Positions 51,395 through 62,960 of a DNA stretch of 64,000 nucleotides are shown one piece after another (position 1 is the stretch's first letter; each line of letters begins with the position of its first letter). The notes beneath the pieces were generated by a model. The model was not told where the DNA came from. It ran no database searches and saw nothing but the letters and a program-made list of their open reading frames with translations. The translations under genes were made by a program, and so were the position numbers. Origin of the DNA: Lama glama (Eukaryota); assembly GCA_028534125.1 (NCBI GenBank), contig CM052816.1, forward strand, positions 31,374,001-31,438,000. The letters are read 5' to 3'.

Positions 51395-53290
51395 TCTGTT
51401 CGTTGCTTTCTCTCCATGCGTTTCTCTTCTGTGCTGCTACAGTGATTTCTGCATTCAACATACTTCCTTGCGTTTTCTTTAGAATTTCTCTCTGGTTCTT
51501 TTTCTAACAATTTTTTAGTTGAGTAGCTCATTACTTTCCCATCTTTTTTTTTTTTTTGGTTTCCTAAAATATGCAATTAAGGGTATAAATTATCCTCTAA
51601 GTTCTACGCTAGCTGTATCCCACAAGTTTTCACATATAGCGCTTTCTATGTCATTCAGTTCCAAGTATTTTATAATTCTTATTATCATTTTTTCTTTATT
51701 CTACAACTCCTAAAAAGTTATTATGGAGGTATACTATACATAGAGTAGAGTGTACAATTCTTAAGTGAGCAGCCCAATAAAATTTATGTATGTATACACC
51801 TGTGCATAGCTACTGCCCAGAACGAAGTATAGAACATGTCCAGCTTCCCAAAGAGCTTATGCCCTTCCCCAGTAAATACACGCCTAAGGTAACTACTATT
51901 GACTTTAATATTGTGGATTAGTTTTACCTCTTTGTGAACATCATCTGAATTGGAATCATGTATTCCATTTTGTGACTGTGAGATTTATCCACGTTGTAGC
52001 AACAGTTGGTTTTTCTTTCCTCTCCATTGCTGGGATTAAATATATTCCTTTGTTCATTCTACTTTTGATGCATGTTTAGTTTGTTTCTAATCTGGGGCTG
52101 TCATGAAGAAAATTACCACAGATGTTCCTATAAACGTCCTTTGATGGATGTGTGTACTCGTTTCTCTTGGATATATAACTAGTAGCAGAACTGCTGGGTC
52201 ATGGCACTGACATATGTTTAGCTTTATTAGATGCTTCCAGTTTTCCATGGTGGTTTTCACCAACTTACACTCTGACCAGTAATGTGTGAGGGTTCTCATC
52301 ATCTCACAGGCCGTTCATCTTTGGTATTGTCCATTTTTCTTCTTCTTTTAAAATTTTAGCTATTCTGGTTGTATGTATAGTATCTCAGAGTCATTTTAGT
52401 CTGCATTTCCCTGCTGACTGTAATGCTGAACACCTTTTTCATTGGCCATTTGCATCTCTTTTTTAATGAACTATTTAATCAGACTTTTTGCCTGTTTGTA
52501 AATTGGATTGTTTGTCTTCCTAAAATTGAGTTGTGAGAGTTCTTCATACACCCTGGATGTGAGTTCTCTGTCAGTTATACACATTATGAACGTTTTTCCT
52601 AGTCTTTTCACTCTCTAAATGGTCTCCTTTGATGAATTAAAGTTTATAACTCAGCAAAATCTAACATTTTTCTTTCAGTGATAGTGCTTGCTGTATCCTG
52701 TTTAGGAAATCTTTACCCAAGGTCATGAGTTTTCCAATCTATGAAAGTTTTCCAATCTCTTTTTATTTAGGCCTGCTTAAATTACTTATTGATGTTTTAT
52801 TTTTTTCCAGGGTTTATTTCTGGATGTTTGATTTTTTTTAGCTATCAAAAGTGATATTTAAAAAATTTTTGTACTCTTCCATTCTTGTTAATATTACAGA
52901 GAAATGTTGTATATTGACCTTGCACCCAATAACCTTATTAAATTCACATGTGAATTTAAGTAAGTTGTTTTTGTGTGGTGGGGATGGCTTGGATATTCTA
53001 CATCCACATTCATGTTATGTGTAAATAATGACAATTTTTATTACTTCCTCTCCCAACTCTACGCCTTTTATTACTTCTTGCCTTTTGGCACCCATGAATT
53101 TTTTGTAGTGTGCTTCTAAAAATTCTAAAACATACGAAGGTTTCTTCTCTCTTTATATTGTTAGTTTCTCATTTTGCTGCACTCTTTTTGGAAAACAAGT
53201 TTTATGACATCAATTCTTAGGAATTTATTAAGCCCTGCTTTGTGGCCTAGTACATGATGAATTCTTGCATATGTTCCATGTTGCTTGGTT
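51395..53290 (-). mobile_element. Cluster of old L1 fragments (ORF2 pieces and an L1ME-like 3' end)
   Basis: ctagctgtatcccacaagttttcacatat...; agtagcagaactgctgggtcatgg...ccaacttacactctgaccagtaatgtgtgaggg; atattgaccttgcaccca. Confidence 0.72.
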
Positions 53291-53699
53291 ACCAGATTCA
53301 TGTGTCTAACGGTGGAGGGAGATGCACCATTTATCGGCCGCTGGCTTCAGGCACATGCCGTATCCTGTAAGACAGCGTCCTAACCTTGAGGGTGCTTTCC
53401 TTGAGCGGGTGCCAGAACTGTGTCTTCAGTAGGCTGTGTGCTGCTCTTCTCATAGTCCAGTCGCTAACTGGAGACGGGGCACAGGGCAGGGTCGGTGAAT
53501 CACAGTCGTGTGAACTCATAGTCATACTTTCTTTGCTGTAAAGTGTGTCTCCATACTATGATTCAGTGGTCAAGGGCCCACTCATTTCCCAATAAGTGCC
53601 CCTATTTTAATGTACCAAACTTCATAGGTTTGAGCATTTCACTGATGCTGCAGTCTTTATAATCAGACCCTAGGCTTGGTCCTCAGGCACATCTTTCTT

Positions 53700-54570
53700 C
53701 AACTATCAGAAATAAGATACTCTTTTAAAGCGGCTATCAAGATTTGCTAACATAACCAGAGTTCTCATTCGATTATTTAAATTCTCCTTTTCCTTACATC
53801 TGCCCTCTAGGCACATCAGAATAACCCAGAGGACAGCATCATCCCTAAAATCATTATTGTTGTCACACAATCAAGTTCCATACCTCCTTGATTTCCCAGG
53901 ACCTTGCCCTTCTGTGTCATCATCATATTTCAAACACCTATCTCACTGCCCTGAAAACAGGAGTGCTCATTTATAAAAAGCCAACTTTTAGTTTTCCTAG
54001 AAATGATTGCACTCTGCTATCTACTGCCTGGCTGCTCCAGCTTTGTTGTTGTGTTGTTGTTTTGCATCGCTGGGACTGGCTTCAGTTAGGGAACTTTTCC
54101 CTCAGTCTCAGAGGAAAATCATTCAGATCAATCAATCAAATCTCTTTTTCATATTTCTCCCACAGTGTCTCCTGAATTCTACTCAGTTGCCCCTGGCTAG
54201 TATCTTTTCATCTCCTACTCTACTGACTCATATCCTCTTCCATCCTATACCCATCCCAACAGGTGCCAGTCAGCCATTACCCAGCATTCTGTTTCATTTC
54301 TGGCCACCACCATCTTTTATCTCAGTTACTATAATAGACTTTCAGTTGGTCTCCTTGTCTCAATTTTCACCTCTCTAATCCAGTATTTATATGGAAGCCA
54401 GAATGCTCTTTTTACAATACAACTGTCATTAGGTTCTTTCATGCTTAAAACTTTCCAATGGTTCTACACTGCCCTGGGAAAAAGTCCAAATCTATTAACA
54501 CAACTTTCCGGAAGCTTTGTAATACACTCACTAACCACTTTTCATCCTCATCTTTCTTTTCTTATCTTGG
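53700..54570 (+). mobile_element. Degraded L2
   Basis: Pyrimidine-rich; gaagccagaatgctctttt...tgcttaaaactttccaatggttctacactgccc. Confidence 0.55.
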
Positions 54571-54679
54571 TCCCTTGAGCAAAGATTTTGCTTAGATATT
54601 TCAGCTCCGCTACTGTAAATTCCAGATGAAAAAGAGACAATTGAATGTTTGTGCCTGGGCAGAAGTATTAGCAAGGTAG

Positions 54680-54698
54680 CAGCACCCTCTAGTGGCCA
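54680..54698 (-). promoter_or_regulatory. Candidate CTCF binding site
   Basis: Minus strand reads TGGCCACTAGAGGGTGCTG, a close match to the CTCF core CCASYAGRKGGCRS; lies in non-repeat sequence. Confidence 0.65.
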
Positions 54699-56164
54699 AT
54701 ATGGTGTTGGTGGGGCCCATTAGTGAACGTTGAAGGTGAGAATGAATCTGAAAGCCTCACAGTGTGTTTACAGGGTCACCAGCCCATTTACAAGTGGAAC
54801 TTCTTTCTCCATTGCTTCTTGCATTTTGGAGAATGCAGAATCAATGTTCCCAAGGACGGTGGTGTATTTGTCATTGTCTTCAACATCTATTTTTTAAAAC
54901 ACAAAAATATTTTTCAAATGCATATTTAAAATATTGCCCCATAATATGCTTATAACCTAAAATCTTTACAGTGCTGAGAAATGACTTTGGAGAGGGAAAA
55001 ACATGGTCTGACTACAGCTTTCTGATGAGCTGACAACATAGTGAAGTAGATTTCCGGCTTCCAAAATTTCATGTTTTCCATTGAGCCATTGGTAAGAGAC
55101 TAGTGGCTTTGAAATCTGTTCTTTTCTTGAGACACAAATGTGATTTACATGGTTGGCCAACATCAGGGGTTCCTTGTGGTTTTGTTCTTTATTCACTATC
55201 TGATAGGCAGTCACTCCCAGCAAGATTCTGAAGAGGTCACATCATTTTTAAAATTTCAAGTGTATTGCCTCCTGTGGAAAAATTATATGCTTTAGTAAGT
55301 ACTCACAGATTTGGGTGCTCACAAGAGTCTGAATATGTCCCCTTTCTGAATATCCCTGTGACTATCTTCAAATAGATTAAGGAACTGTGAAGAATAATGA
55401 ATAAATGTGCCCATTTGACTTTCTCTGAAATATCTTCTGAAATATCAAAGAGATCATCTAAGTCTTTACTAGGAAGCAATCTGTGGGGGTTGGGAAAAAA
55501 TATAGGTATCCCTCACTTTCTGAATTCTCACCATCTGAAGATTACAAACAATTTTACTCCAAATTCACTCTGAATGAAAATCCACTGTAATAAATCTGCA
55601 TGTATCTGCCAGCCAAAATATGTATGTTAAGTTTCCCATCTGGAACAGAGGCTGCAGAGTGCACTGCAGATCTAGCTCAGACCTTTTCCAGACAGAATGG
55701 ATCTTTGCTCTCCTTGTTTTAGTTTTGATCCTTTTGCTTCAGGTGAGGATTCTCAATCATTGACTAAGTCTTTATTGCCAAGTTGAGAAGACCGTCTACC
55801 TATCCCTTGAATTTAGACCTGAACAAACCTCTGGCATGTATCGCATCACTGAGCTCCTTCACTACCTCACTCTCTCTCAAATTTCCCCCATCACCAAACC
55901 TCTACCAAGACCATGGTCCCTCTTCCCTTCCACCACCAAACCTCACTTGGGCAAGAAAGTGTACCTGACATAAAGATGATGGGAGTTTATTTATTTTATG
56001 AAGTTTTTCACATACAAACCTTTATCAGATTGTTATACCGATCCTGGGAAATGAGGAAAAGAGAAACTAAAAATCCAGAATAAAATTAAATTGCTACTTT
56101 CTAGATTATGAACCCTCCAAGGGCAAGCGTATGGATTTATTCACTTTCCAGTCTTTATCTAGGA

Positions 56165-57257
56165 GAGCAGACTGATTGCAAAAGTGAGCCAAGTTCTTCC
56201 CTCACACCCACCTCCCGCTTTTACGAAGTTTCTGTGGTGGTTCTGTACTGTATGAAGTTAGCTAAGCTGGAACTGGTCTATCCTAGCATTCCATTCCCCA
56301 CATCGTTGGAGGTTAGTGAGCCACAGGAGAGATTTTGAAAGACAGAAGCGATGAAGCAGCCGCGATATTCCTTTTTACACCTGAAGCTTCTCTGACTCTG
56401 AGCCAGATGCACATTTAACTCCATGAAGAACACCAGCTTTTCCTGTGCATCATCCATCATCAAAGTTGGAGGCTTGGAGGCAGTGAGAAAGTGATGTGGG
56501 TTGTGGCCCCACCCTCGTATGTCCAGTTCCTTCTTCTTCCACTTCGTATCCATCTTTCCTTTTTGATTGCTTTATCGGCAGACCTCAGGCTCCAGGACCA
56601 GATGAAGCAGCAGCCTCCCATGGACTGTTTACCAGCTCCCACAATTAATAAAGTCAAATTTCTATAGTCGATTCCTTATTTTATATATATATATATACAC
56701 GTATATTTACATTTATAGAAATATAAAATATATTTATATTCAATATAGTATATATGTATCTTTATTGTTGTTGGCTTATTCTTCTACTGGTTCTGCTTCT
56801 GTAATGGAGCCCGGACTGACACAATGTCTTTGCAGCTCCCCTCTGTCCCTGAATCTGGGCTGGCCTTGTAATTTGACTTTGGTTAACAGAATGACGCAAA
56901 AGTGACAGGGCCCAGTACTAAGCCTGGGCCTCAAAAAGCCTTGCACATTCTCTTGGAACTCTGTAACTGCCATGTGCACTGTCCAGGGCAAGCCTGCTGG
57001 AGGTTGAGAGACTGCTACATAGAGGGGAGACCAGTTGTCCTAGCCGAGGCCATTCTAGACCAGCCTGTAACCAACTGTCCCATCAAAATATGAGCAAGCC
57101 CAGCCGGGAGAAGTGAAGCTGCCTACCCAACCCCCAGCTGACCAGAGACGACCCACCAGCTAACCTGTAGTCTCTCAAGCAGGAATAAACACATATCACT
57201 TAAGCCACACATTTTGAGGTGTTTTTGTTTCCCCCACAATAATGGCTAACTGATGCA
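56165..57257 (+). mobile_element. MLT1 (G/H-like) LTR with a nested ERVL-type LTR (56233-56823)
   Basis: ctgaatctgggctggccttgt...agcctgggcctcaa...taagccacacattttgagg...taactgatgca; the inner LTR runs TGTGG...GACACA. Confidence 0.65.
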
Positions 57258-57900
57258 TCCAGCATATTAATTTTTCCTCCTTTCATTGCAAAATATAACA
57301 CACATACAGTAAAGTACATTAAAATAAATAAGTCTAACAAGTAATTATAAAGTGAAAATGCATGTAACCACCCCCAGGCCAAGTAAAGGAACATTCCTGG
57401 CACCAAAGAAGCTGCCACCTTCCCCAACCAGTGTTGCTTCTCACTTATGACCCTATCCTTCCCCACTAAAGTGACATTTGAGAAAATTTGTTCTCTTCCT
57501 TCTTTGGATAGCTTCCCATGAATTAGGGAAAACAGTACTGTTTAGTTTTGCCTGTTGTCAGCCTTTATGTTCTGTATGATTTTTTTTGCCAAGTTTCTTT
57601 TGCATTATCAGATCCCCTCATGTTGTCCTGTGTAGCTGCGTCTGTTCATTTCATTGCTATGTAATGTTCCACTTTATGACTGCACCCAAATTTATGGCTA
57701 TTTGGGCTACTTCCAGTTTTGGACTATTATTAGGATTTGGCTTTAAATATTCTTGTATAAATATGCTGGTATACATAAATGGCTCTCAAAATTTTGATCC
57801 CAGAAACTTGAAAATTAAATAAAAATTTTAAGTAAAAATGTTAAATTATAAAGATCTGAGGCAAAATATTTATTAATTCATTTAAAATAACAATAACAAT

Positions 57901-58388
57901 AATATACAATGGAATATTACTCAGCCATAAAAAGAATGAAATTGTGCCATTTGCAACAACATGGTTGGACCTAAATGGTATTATGCTAAGTGAAATAAGT
58001 CAGACAGGGAAAGACAAATATCATATGATCTCACTTACATATGGAATCTAAGAAACAAATGAACAAACAAAACAAAACAGAAACAGACATAACTACAGAC
58101 AGCAAATTGGTGGTTGCCAGAGGGGAGGGAGGTGGGAGGCTGGGCAAAATAGGTGAAGGAGATTAAGAAACACAAATATCCAGTTATAAAATAAATACAA
58201 TAAATCACAGGGATGTAATACACAGCACAGGGAATACAGTCAATAACACTAGTAATTTTGAAAGGTGACAGACGGTTACTGGACTCGTGATCACTTAGTA
58301 ACATATTTGTCGGATCTCTATGCTGTACACCTGAAACTAACATGATATTATATTTCAATTATACTTTGATTAAAAAAATAAATAAAAT
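57901..58388 (+). mobile_element. L1 3' UTR fragment
   Basis: atacaatggaatattactcagccataaaaagaatgaaat...tgctgtacacctgaaactaac...A tail. Confidence 0.9.
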
Positions 58389-58412
58389 GTCAGTAATAAA
58401 CCCACTACATGT

Positions 58413-58876
58413 TATATTCGTTTCCTGAGGTTGCCTAACAAATCACCACAAATGTGGTGACTGAAACAACAGGAGTGTATTCTCTCACAGGTGCAGAGGC
58501 CATCAGTCTGAAATTGGTGTTGCCGGGATGGTTCCTTCTGAGGCGCCAAGGGAGAATCTGCTCCACGCCTTCCTCCTAGCTGCTGGTGGCTCTGGGCACT
58601 CCTTGGCTTTCCGTGGCTTGTAGAAGTGTCACTGCAGTCCTTTTCTTTTTTGTCACATGGCATTCTCCCTGTGTGTCTGTGTTTGTGTGTCTCAAATCTC
58701 CCTCCCCTTTCTCTTATAAGGACACCAGTCATTGGATATAGGGCCCACCCTATATCTCGGATGATCTCATCTCCAGATCCTTAATATCACCTGCATAAAC
58801 CCCACTTTCAAGTAAAGTAGCAATCACAGGGACAGGGAGTTAGGACTTGGACATATACACAATTCAATGTACTTCA
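58413..58876 (-). mobile_element. MLT1 (B/C-like) solo LTR
   Basis: tttcctgaggttgcctaacaaatcaccacaaa...tcttataaggacaccagtcattgga; 5-bp TSD catgt/tatgt. Confidence 0.85.
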
Positions 58877-59904
58877 TATGTTAACATAAATAATACATTT
58901 TTAAATGAAAAATAGCTGTATTTTCCCAATAAAAATTCAGTGATAAGAGTGATATTGCTTTACATTTGTATAAATCTCTTTAACATCCAGATTCATACAA
59001 GAAGCTGAGTACTCACCTGCTTTTACAATCAGACTGTTACATAATGTTTTGGTTGAGATATCTGATGAAAATCCCCTCTCATATAGAAAATCCAGACCCT
59101 CTGAAGGGGTTTCTAGGCATCCTCAAGGTCTTTGGAGCACACTTTGAGAAACCACTGCTCTAAAGTGTATGAAGTATATGCAAAGTGGAATTTTTAGGCC
59201 ATATATATAACCTTGTACTTTATTAGATAATGCCACGTTGTTTCCCAAAGTGGTTTGGAAATTTACATTTCCACCAGCAGTGTATGAAGGATAGTTATTT
59301 TACTTGCTAACCAATATCTGGTATTGTACTTTTAAAAATTTGCTTATCTGGTGGTGTGTACTGTACTGCATTGTGGTTTTAATCTTATTCGTTCATTCTT
59401 TGTTGGTATTGCCATTTTACGTATGAAGAAACAGGTTTAGAAGACCTCAGTTGCTTCATACATAAGATCAAAAGTCAGAGTTTTCCACTTTGAAATTGTC
59501 TTCTTTCCATGCTCAGACACAAATTATACTTCTTTTTACAGTCTGGTTCTTAGGAAGGTGCCATCTCCCTAGATCTCATCTCCTCTGGGGCCTCTATTCC
59601 CCTGTGGAGGCTTTAGGCACCCCAGGCCACTGAAGGCCTTCTATTTCCCCCCTCATCGAAACCCTCCACCTTCCCACCCCTATCCCCACTCCACCCTCAT
59701 TCATGTCCCTGCCTGGTTCCTGCCCACCTGCCTCTATTTCCTTCTCTTAAAACCCTCTATCCACCCTCTGCTGAATGTCTTAAAGTACATGGGCCTCACC
59801 ATGGTTACTTGTGAAAAGAAGGTATAATACCTAATCGGTGATTATATGCACAAGAAAATGTATAATTTAAAAAATCAACACCTACTATTTTTTAAGCACT
59901 CCAA

Positions 59905-60330
59905 CACAAACTAGTGGTGTGATCATAGGCAATTTATTCAATTTTTCTGATCCTGAATTTCCTCATCAGTAAAATAGGCATAATAATACCTACCTTATAG
60001 GGTGGCTTGAAGGATTGAAAGACATAATCTATGTGCTTAGCACAGTGCCCATAATAAGGATTGCTCAAGACATGCTTATTTTCATTTAGTAAAAGCTTAT
60101 CAAGCGCTTACTACATAACCACTCTTCTAGGGACTTTTTCCAAATAGTGAAGCCTTGTAATAACCTTCTGGGTTACGTACTATTATTGCCCTCATTTCAC
60201 AGATGCAAAGACTGAAGCTGAAACGTTAAGCAACTGGCTCAAGGTCACACTGCCAGTAAATAGAGTAGGGATTAGAACTCCTGCAGTCTGGTGGTCACAG
60301 AATTCAAGCTCCTAGCTAAAATGCTTCCCG
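59905..60330. mobile_element. Two MIR SINEs in opposite orientation, just upstream of the promoter
   Basis: tttcctcatcagtaaaataggcataataatacc (+) and ctcatttcacagatgcaaagactgaagc...caaggtcacac (-). Confidence 0.72.
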
Positions 60331-60459
60331 GCAATATTTTTTGGTTTACAAGAAAACTCTGAAAATTGCAAAGCGCTCTACCATAGTGATTAGCCCCCTA
60401 CGGCAAAGTGAACTCTTTCTTCATCACTCCCTCGGAGCTGCCCTATCGCTGCTCTCAGA

Positions 60460-61270
60460 AACAAGCCGGAGGAGCTAAATATCCCGGGGCTGGCAGCTCC
60501 TACACCCGCTGCCAGCCAGGCAGAGGAACCCGCTAGCCACACCCCTTCTCCTGGCCCCGCCCCGCCACGTCCCCCAAGCTGGCCCCGCCCCTCGGCCCAG
60601 GCGGCGGCAGAGGTAGAGCAGACGCCTTGAGAGCTTCCACGTACACACTCCAGCGCCTCTCCCCGCGGCCTGGCGAGAGCACATCCGGGTCGCTGGAGCA
60701 GGTGCCTCAGGCCCCGCCCCGCCAGCGCTTGTCCCGACTTCCGGCCATCTCAGGCCTTTTCCGCTTGTTCTCTACCGGCTCTGTCTCTGCTTCCCGGGTC
60801 GTTCTCGGCTCTAGGCCCCAGCCGTTCAGCACCCCTTCCCCGCACCGAGCGACTCGCTCCTCATCCCAAATCTCTCCGAGGCTCCGAGCAACTCTGCGGT
60901 GCGTCTTCGCGGTGCGGCTCGGGCCGAGGCCTGCCGTGCGCAGTGAGCCCGTGCAGACCTGACCCCGCGTCTCCCCGCAGCTCCGTTGAGGCCGCCGCCT
61001 CGGGATGCCCCGGCCGGGGTCCGCGCAGCGCTGGGCGGCCGCCGCGGGCCGTTGGGGCTGCAGGCTGCTCGCGCTGCTGCTGCTGCTGTTGCTGGTGCCA
61101 GGGCCCGGTGGCGCCTCTGAGATCACCTTCGAGCTCCCCGACAATGCCAAGCAGTGTTTCTACGAGGACATCACGCAGGGCACCAAGTGCACCCTCGAGT
61201 TCCAGGTACTACGGGCTCAGGCAGGCCCGGGCCCCAGCTCGCTGTTCCAGGGTCGGGTCCGCAGCGTACT
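60460..61270 (+). promoter_or_regulatory. TMED7: CpG-island, TATA-less promoter and 5' UTR of TMED7
   Basis: Abrupt GC- and CpG-rich block. GC boxes GGCCCCGCCCC at 60553, 60581 and 60710. ETS motifs CACATCCGGG (60680) and GACTTCCGG (60736). YY1-like GGCCATCT (60743). CCACGT cores at 60565 and 60637. Confidence 0.9.
61005..61205 (+). CDS. TMED7: TMED7 (transmembrane p24 trafficking protein 7) coding exon 1: signal peptide plus start of GOLD domain; partial CDS
   Basis: Translation [67 protein letters not shown] matches the mammalian TMED7 N-terminus. ATG context is gccgccgcctcgggATG. Similarity stops at a phase-0 donor CAG|GTACTA (61205/61206); the ORF-track continuation is intronic. Confidence 0.97.
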
Positions 61271-61829
61271 AGGTGCCCCCCTCCTGTCTGTGTGTGTTTA
61301 TTCTTTACCTAGTTTAAGAAACACCTCTAGGTAGCTGATGCGGGGCATTTGGCTTTCCTCTCCGAAACTTTGCGCAAGCAAGAGACATTTAAGACCAGAT
61401 ATTAGGATATGTGAATTCCAGAAATGCTTCCTGTGACTGTGACTTTTCCTTCCATTTCCTTTAGTTTAAGGCCTTTTGAACTTTCTTCCTTAGAAGAGTC
61501 TCCTTTAAAAAAAAAAGTTACTTGCGTTCTATCATGCCCAACGTCAGACTCCCACTCTCTAATCTACACCTCCTCTTCAATCAGATTTGAAGTGCTGCCA
61601 GTATCTAACGCCATTGCTTTTCAGGTTTTCCATCGATATTAGGACTATTGGTTAATTCCTTATCATTGGAAGAGCTCCATTCCGGACTAGATGACCATCT
61701 GCTAAGAGTGCTGTGGAAGGAATTGCTGTGATAAATAAGAGGCCCCTTCTCATCTTGAGGATTATATAAAAATGTTTATTAAAGAGAATGTAATTTCTTA
61801 AATTGGTTAAAACAATCTTTACTGTGTTT

Positions 61830-62620
61830 CTTTTTTTGTTGGTAGACTTATTTAATATATTTGAACAGCTTTTCAGTATGAGTTGCTGGTGACACAGAAG
61901 TGACCAAAACAGATAGGGTCACTGTTAATCATTCTTGATTCCCTACCCATCCTACCCTTCTTTTCTTAATTAGTACCTGCTCATTCATCAAAATTGTGCT
62001 TTAAGAGCAGAGACTAGGTCATAAATGGTCTCGTCATTGGAATCTGTGAAGGCTTCCTTTAGGAAGTAATTTGAAGCTGAACTGTGAAGGGTGAGTTGTA
62101 AATAGTTGGATAAGGGGGAAAAGGGAATAGCCTTTGCAGGGTCACTGTGGTAACGGTGACTGGGAATTTGAAGACCATAGACAGGTCCAATATAGTTGGA
62201 AATAAAAAGACTGAAGAAGGGAGGTCAGCAGGGGCCAGACCGTGTAGTGCCCCACTGTCCGATTTAAGGACTTTAGTTTTTCCTGAGACTATGAGAAGCC
62301 ATCAGGGTGTTGTAGGCAGTGCAGTGACAAGACCTAAATATTCTTGGTGGCTGTATGGATGAATATTAGCTATGCAGGTAGGGAAGATACTACAGAGAGT
62401 TGCAGAATAGATACAGAAGACTGATTAGGAGGCCGTTGTATTGGTCCAGGCTGAGGCTAGGGTGGTAGCAGTGGGGAAGGAGAAAAGTGAAAGGATGGGA
62501 GGTATGTAATCTGTACCATCAACAGGACTTGGTGTAGTGAATGAGGGAGAGGAGGCCAAGGATGACCCTTAGGTGGCTTAACTTCATGGGTTAGGACCAG
62601 GAGACAGAAAAGGTGATAGC
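61830..62620 (-). mobile_element. L2 fragments (intronic)
   Basis: gaaggcttcctttaggaagtaatttgaagctga...ttaggaggccgttgtattggtccagg. Confidence 0.6.
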
Positions 62621-62734
62621 AGGAATTAAGTGTCAGTGAAATTTTTATTTATTTGAATTTAACAATTCTTAACTTCTTATATGTGCAGATGCTGGGCGTG
62701 GTGCTGAGAGTACTATCCTACTACTGTTGAGGGC

Positions 62735-62960
62735 TAAAAAATTAGCATCTATTATGTGGCAGACAGTATACCAAGCATTTCGAGTGTTATTAAGTAACAG
62801 GACAACTCAGGACAACTCAACGTGAGATGGGTATAGTTTTTATTCCTTTTTTAACTGATGAAGAAACTGAGGCTTCAATAAGTTAAGACCCAAGTCACAA
62901 AACTTAGCAGGAAGCAAAATCAGTATGCAGTTCCAGGTTCTTAATTACTTTGTTATACTA
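62735..62960 (-). mobile_element. MIR SINE (intronic)
   Basis: ttttaactgatgaagaaactgaggctt. Confidence 0.65.

Larger units (their letters stand above)
57775..59157. mobile_element. Charlie1-like hAT transposon, interrupted twice and nested in an old L1 (57265-57775, 59160-59385)
   Basis: ctctcaaaattttgatccc...aataaacccactacatgttaacataaataa...gcacactttgagaaaccactg. Confidence 0.62.

Noticed and set aside
60627..60962. Upstream in-frame ORF or N-terminal extension of TMED7
   Set aside because: Starts at TTG and ends at TGA 60960-60962, in frame and before the ATG, so no long extension is possible; I saw no upstream AUG in the likely 5' UTR.
60707..61150. 147-aa antisense ORF over TMED7 exon 1
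   Set aside because: Shadow ORF of GC-rich, stop-poor sequence; low complexity and no recognisable homology.
60943..61272. GTG-initiated overlapping ORF with a poly-Cys run
   Set aside because: Alternative frame of the CTG repeat, weak near-cognate start, and it runs into the intron.
61206..61334. C-terminal part of the 109-aa ORF-track TMED7 ORF
   Set aside because: Intron read-through beyond the CAG|GT donor; not TMED7 sequence.
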